From assembly GCF_001997385.1 (NCBI RefSeq), contig NZ_CP019633.1, positions 1,200,001 to 1,232,000 of the forward strand: a DNA stretch of 32,000 nucleotides, read 5' to 3'. This document shows positions 31,992 to 32,000 of this stretch, piece after piece. This stretch comes from Sedimentisphaera cyanobacteriorum (GTDB lineage: Bacteria; Planctomycetota; Phycisphaerae; Sedimentisphaerales; Sedimentisphaeraceae). The first letter of the stretch is position 1. Every line of letters begins with the position of its first letter. The notes below the pieces were generated by a model. That model made no database searches. It had not been told where the DNA came from and saw only the letters and a list, made by a program, of their open reading frames with translations. Position numbers and translations under genes: made by a program.

Positions 31992-32000
31992 AACTACGCC

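Noticed and set aside
1-32000. Searches by eye for tRNA/rRNA genes, transposase, integrase or recombinase genes, toxin-antitoxin pairs and known defence-system hallmarks
   Set aside because: Intergenic spaces are all under 250 bp and show no tRNA-like T-arm/acceptor pattern. No ORF carries DDE, tyrosine or serine recombinase motifs, or typical defence ATPase/nuclease combinations apart from the lone GxxExxY gene.

Overview
This 32-kb chromosomal segment is roughly half G+C by eye, almost fully coding, and mostly transcribed on the minus strand. The protein motifs point to a PVC-group bacterium (Planctomycetota/Phycisphaerae- or Kiritimatiellota-like): a Tat-signal sulfatase, a single-RRM protein, many prepilin-type N-termini, a dockerin-like tail and a GxxExxY gene. 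That taxonomic call is inference only.

Contents from left to right:
- The 3' end of an RRM RNA-binding gene with a strong terminator.
- A radical-SAM/helix-hairpin-helix DNA modification/repair-type gene.
- A convergent 1,283-aa secreted multidomain glycoside-hydrolase-like gene carrying three copies of an unassigned ~149-aa module.
- An M24 Xaa-Pro peptidase gene coupled to a stand-alone CheY-like receiver.
- An 11-gene type II secretion-like operon (gspE-F-G-H-I-J-K-L-M, a PilP/GspC-like gene, gspD), preceded by a Spy/CpxP-like secreted protein gene.
- A divergent AT-richer module: a secreted 313-aa protein, an ECF sigma factor and a membrane anti-sigma candidate.
- ruvB, a Tat-dependent sulfatase, a small AtpZ/AtpI-like membrane protein and a secreted HEAT-repeat protein.
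- The start of a glycan-biosynthesis operon: two DegT-type aminotransferases, a CapD-like dehydratase, a PglC-like phosphoglycosyl transferase and an SDR epimerase.

I saw no rRNA, tRNA, CRISPR array, transposase or integrase.

The most unusual signals read directly from the DNA are:
1. An AT-rich GxxExxY (PD-(D/E)XK-like) gene framed by inverted arrays of a helically phased CACTAAT heptamer, wedged into the otherwise tightly packed glycan operon.
2. A five-unit GCCACTC heptamer tandem repeat abutting the epimerase stop codon.
3. The triplicated unassigned module on the giant secreted enzyme.
4. The chimeric T2SS/T4P-like layout of the secretion operon.

All family assignments come from motif recognition by eye. 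No database search was run.
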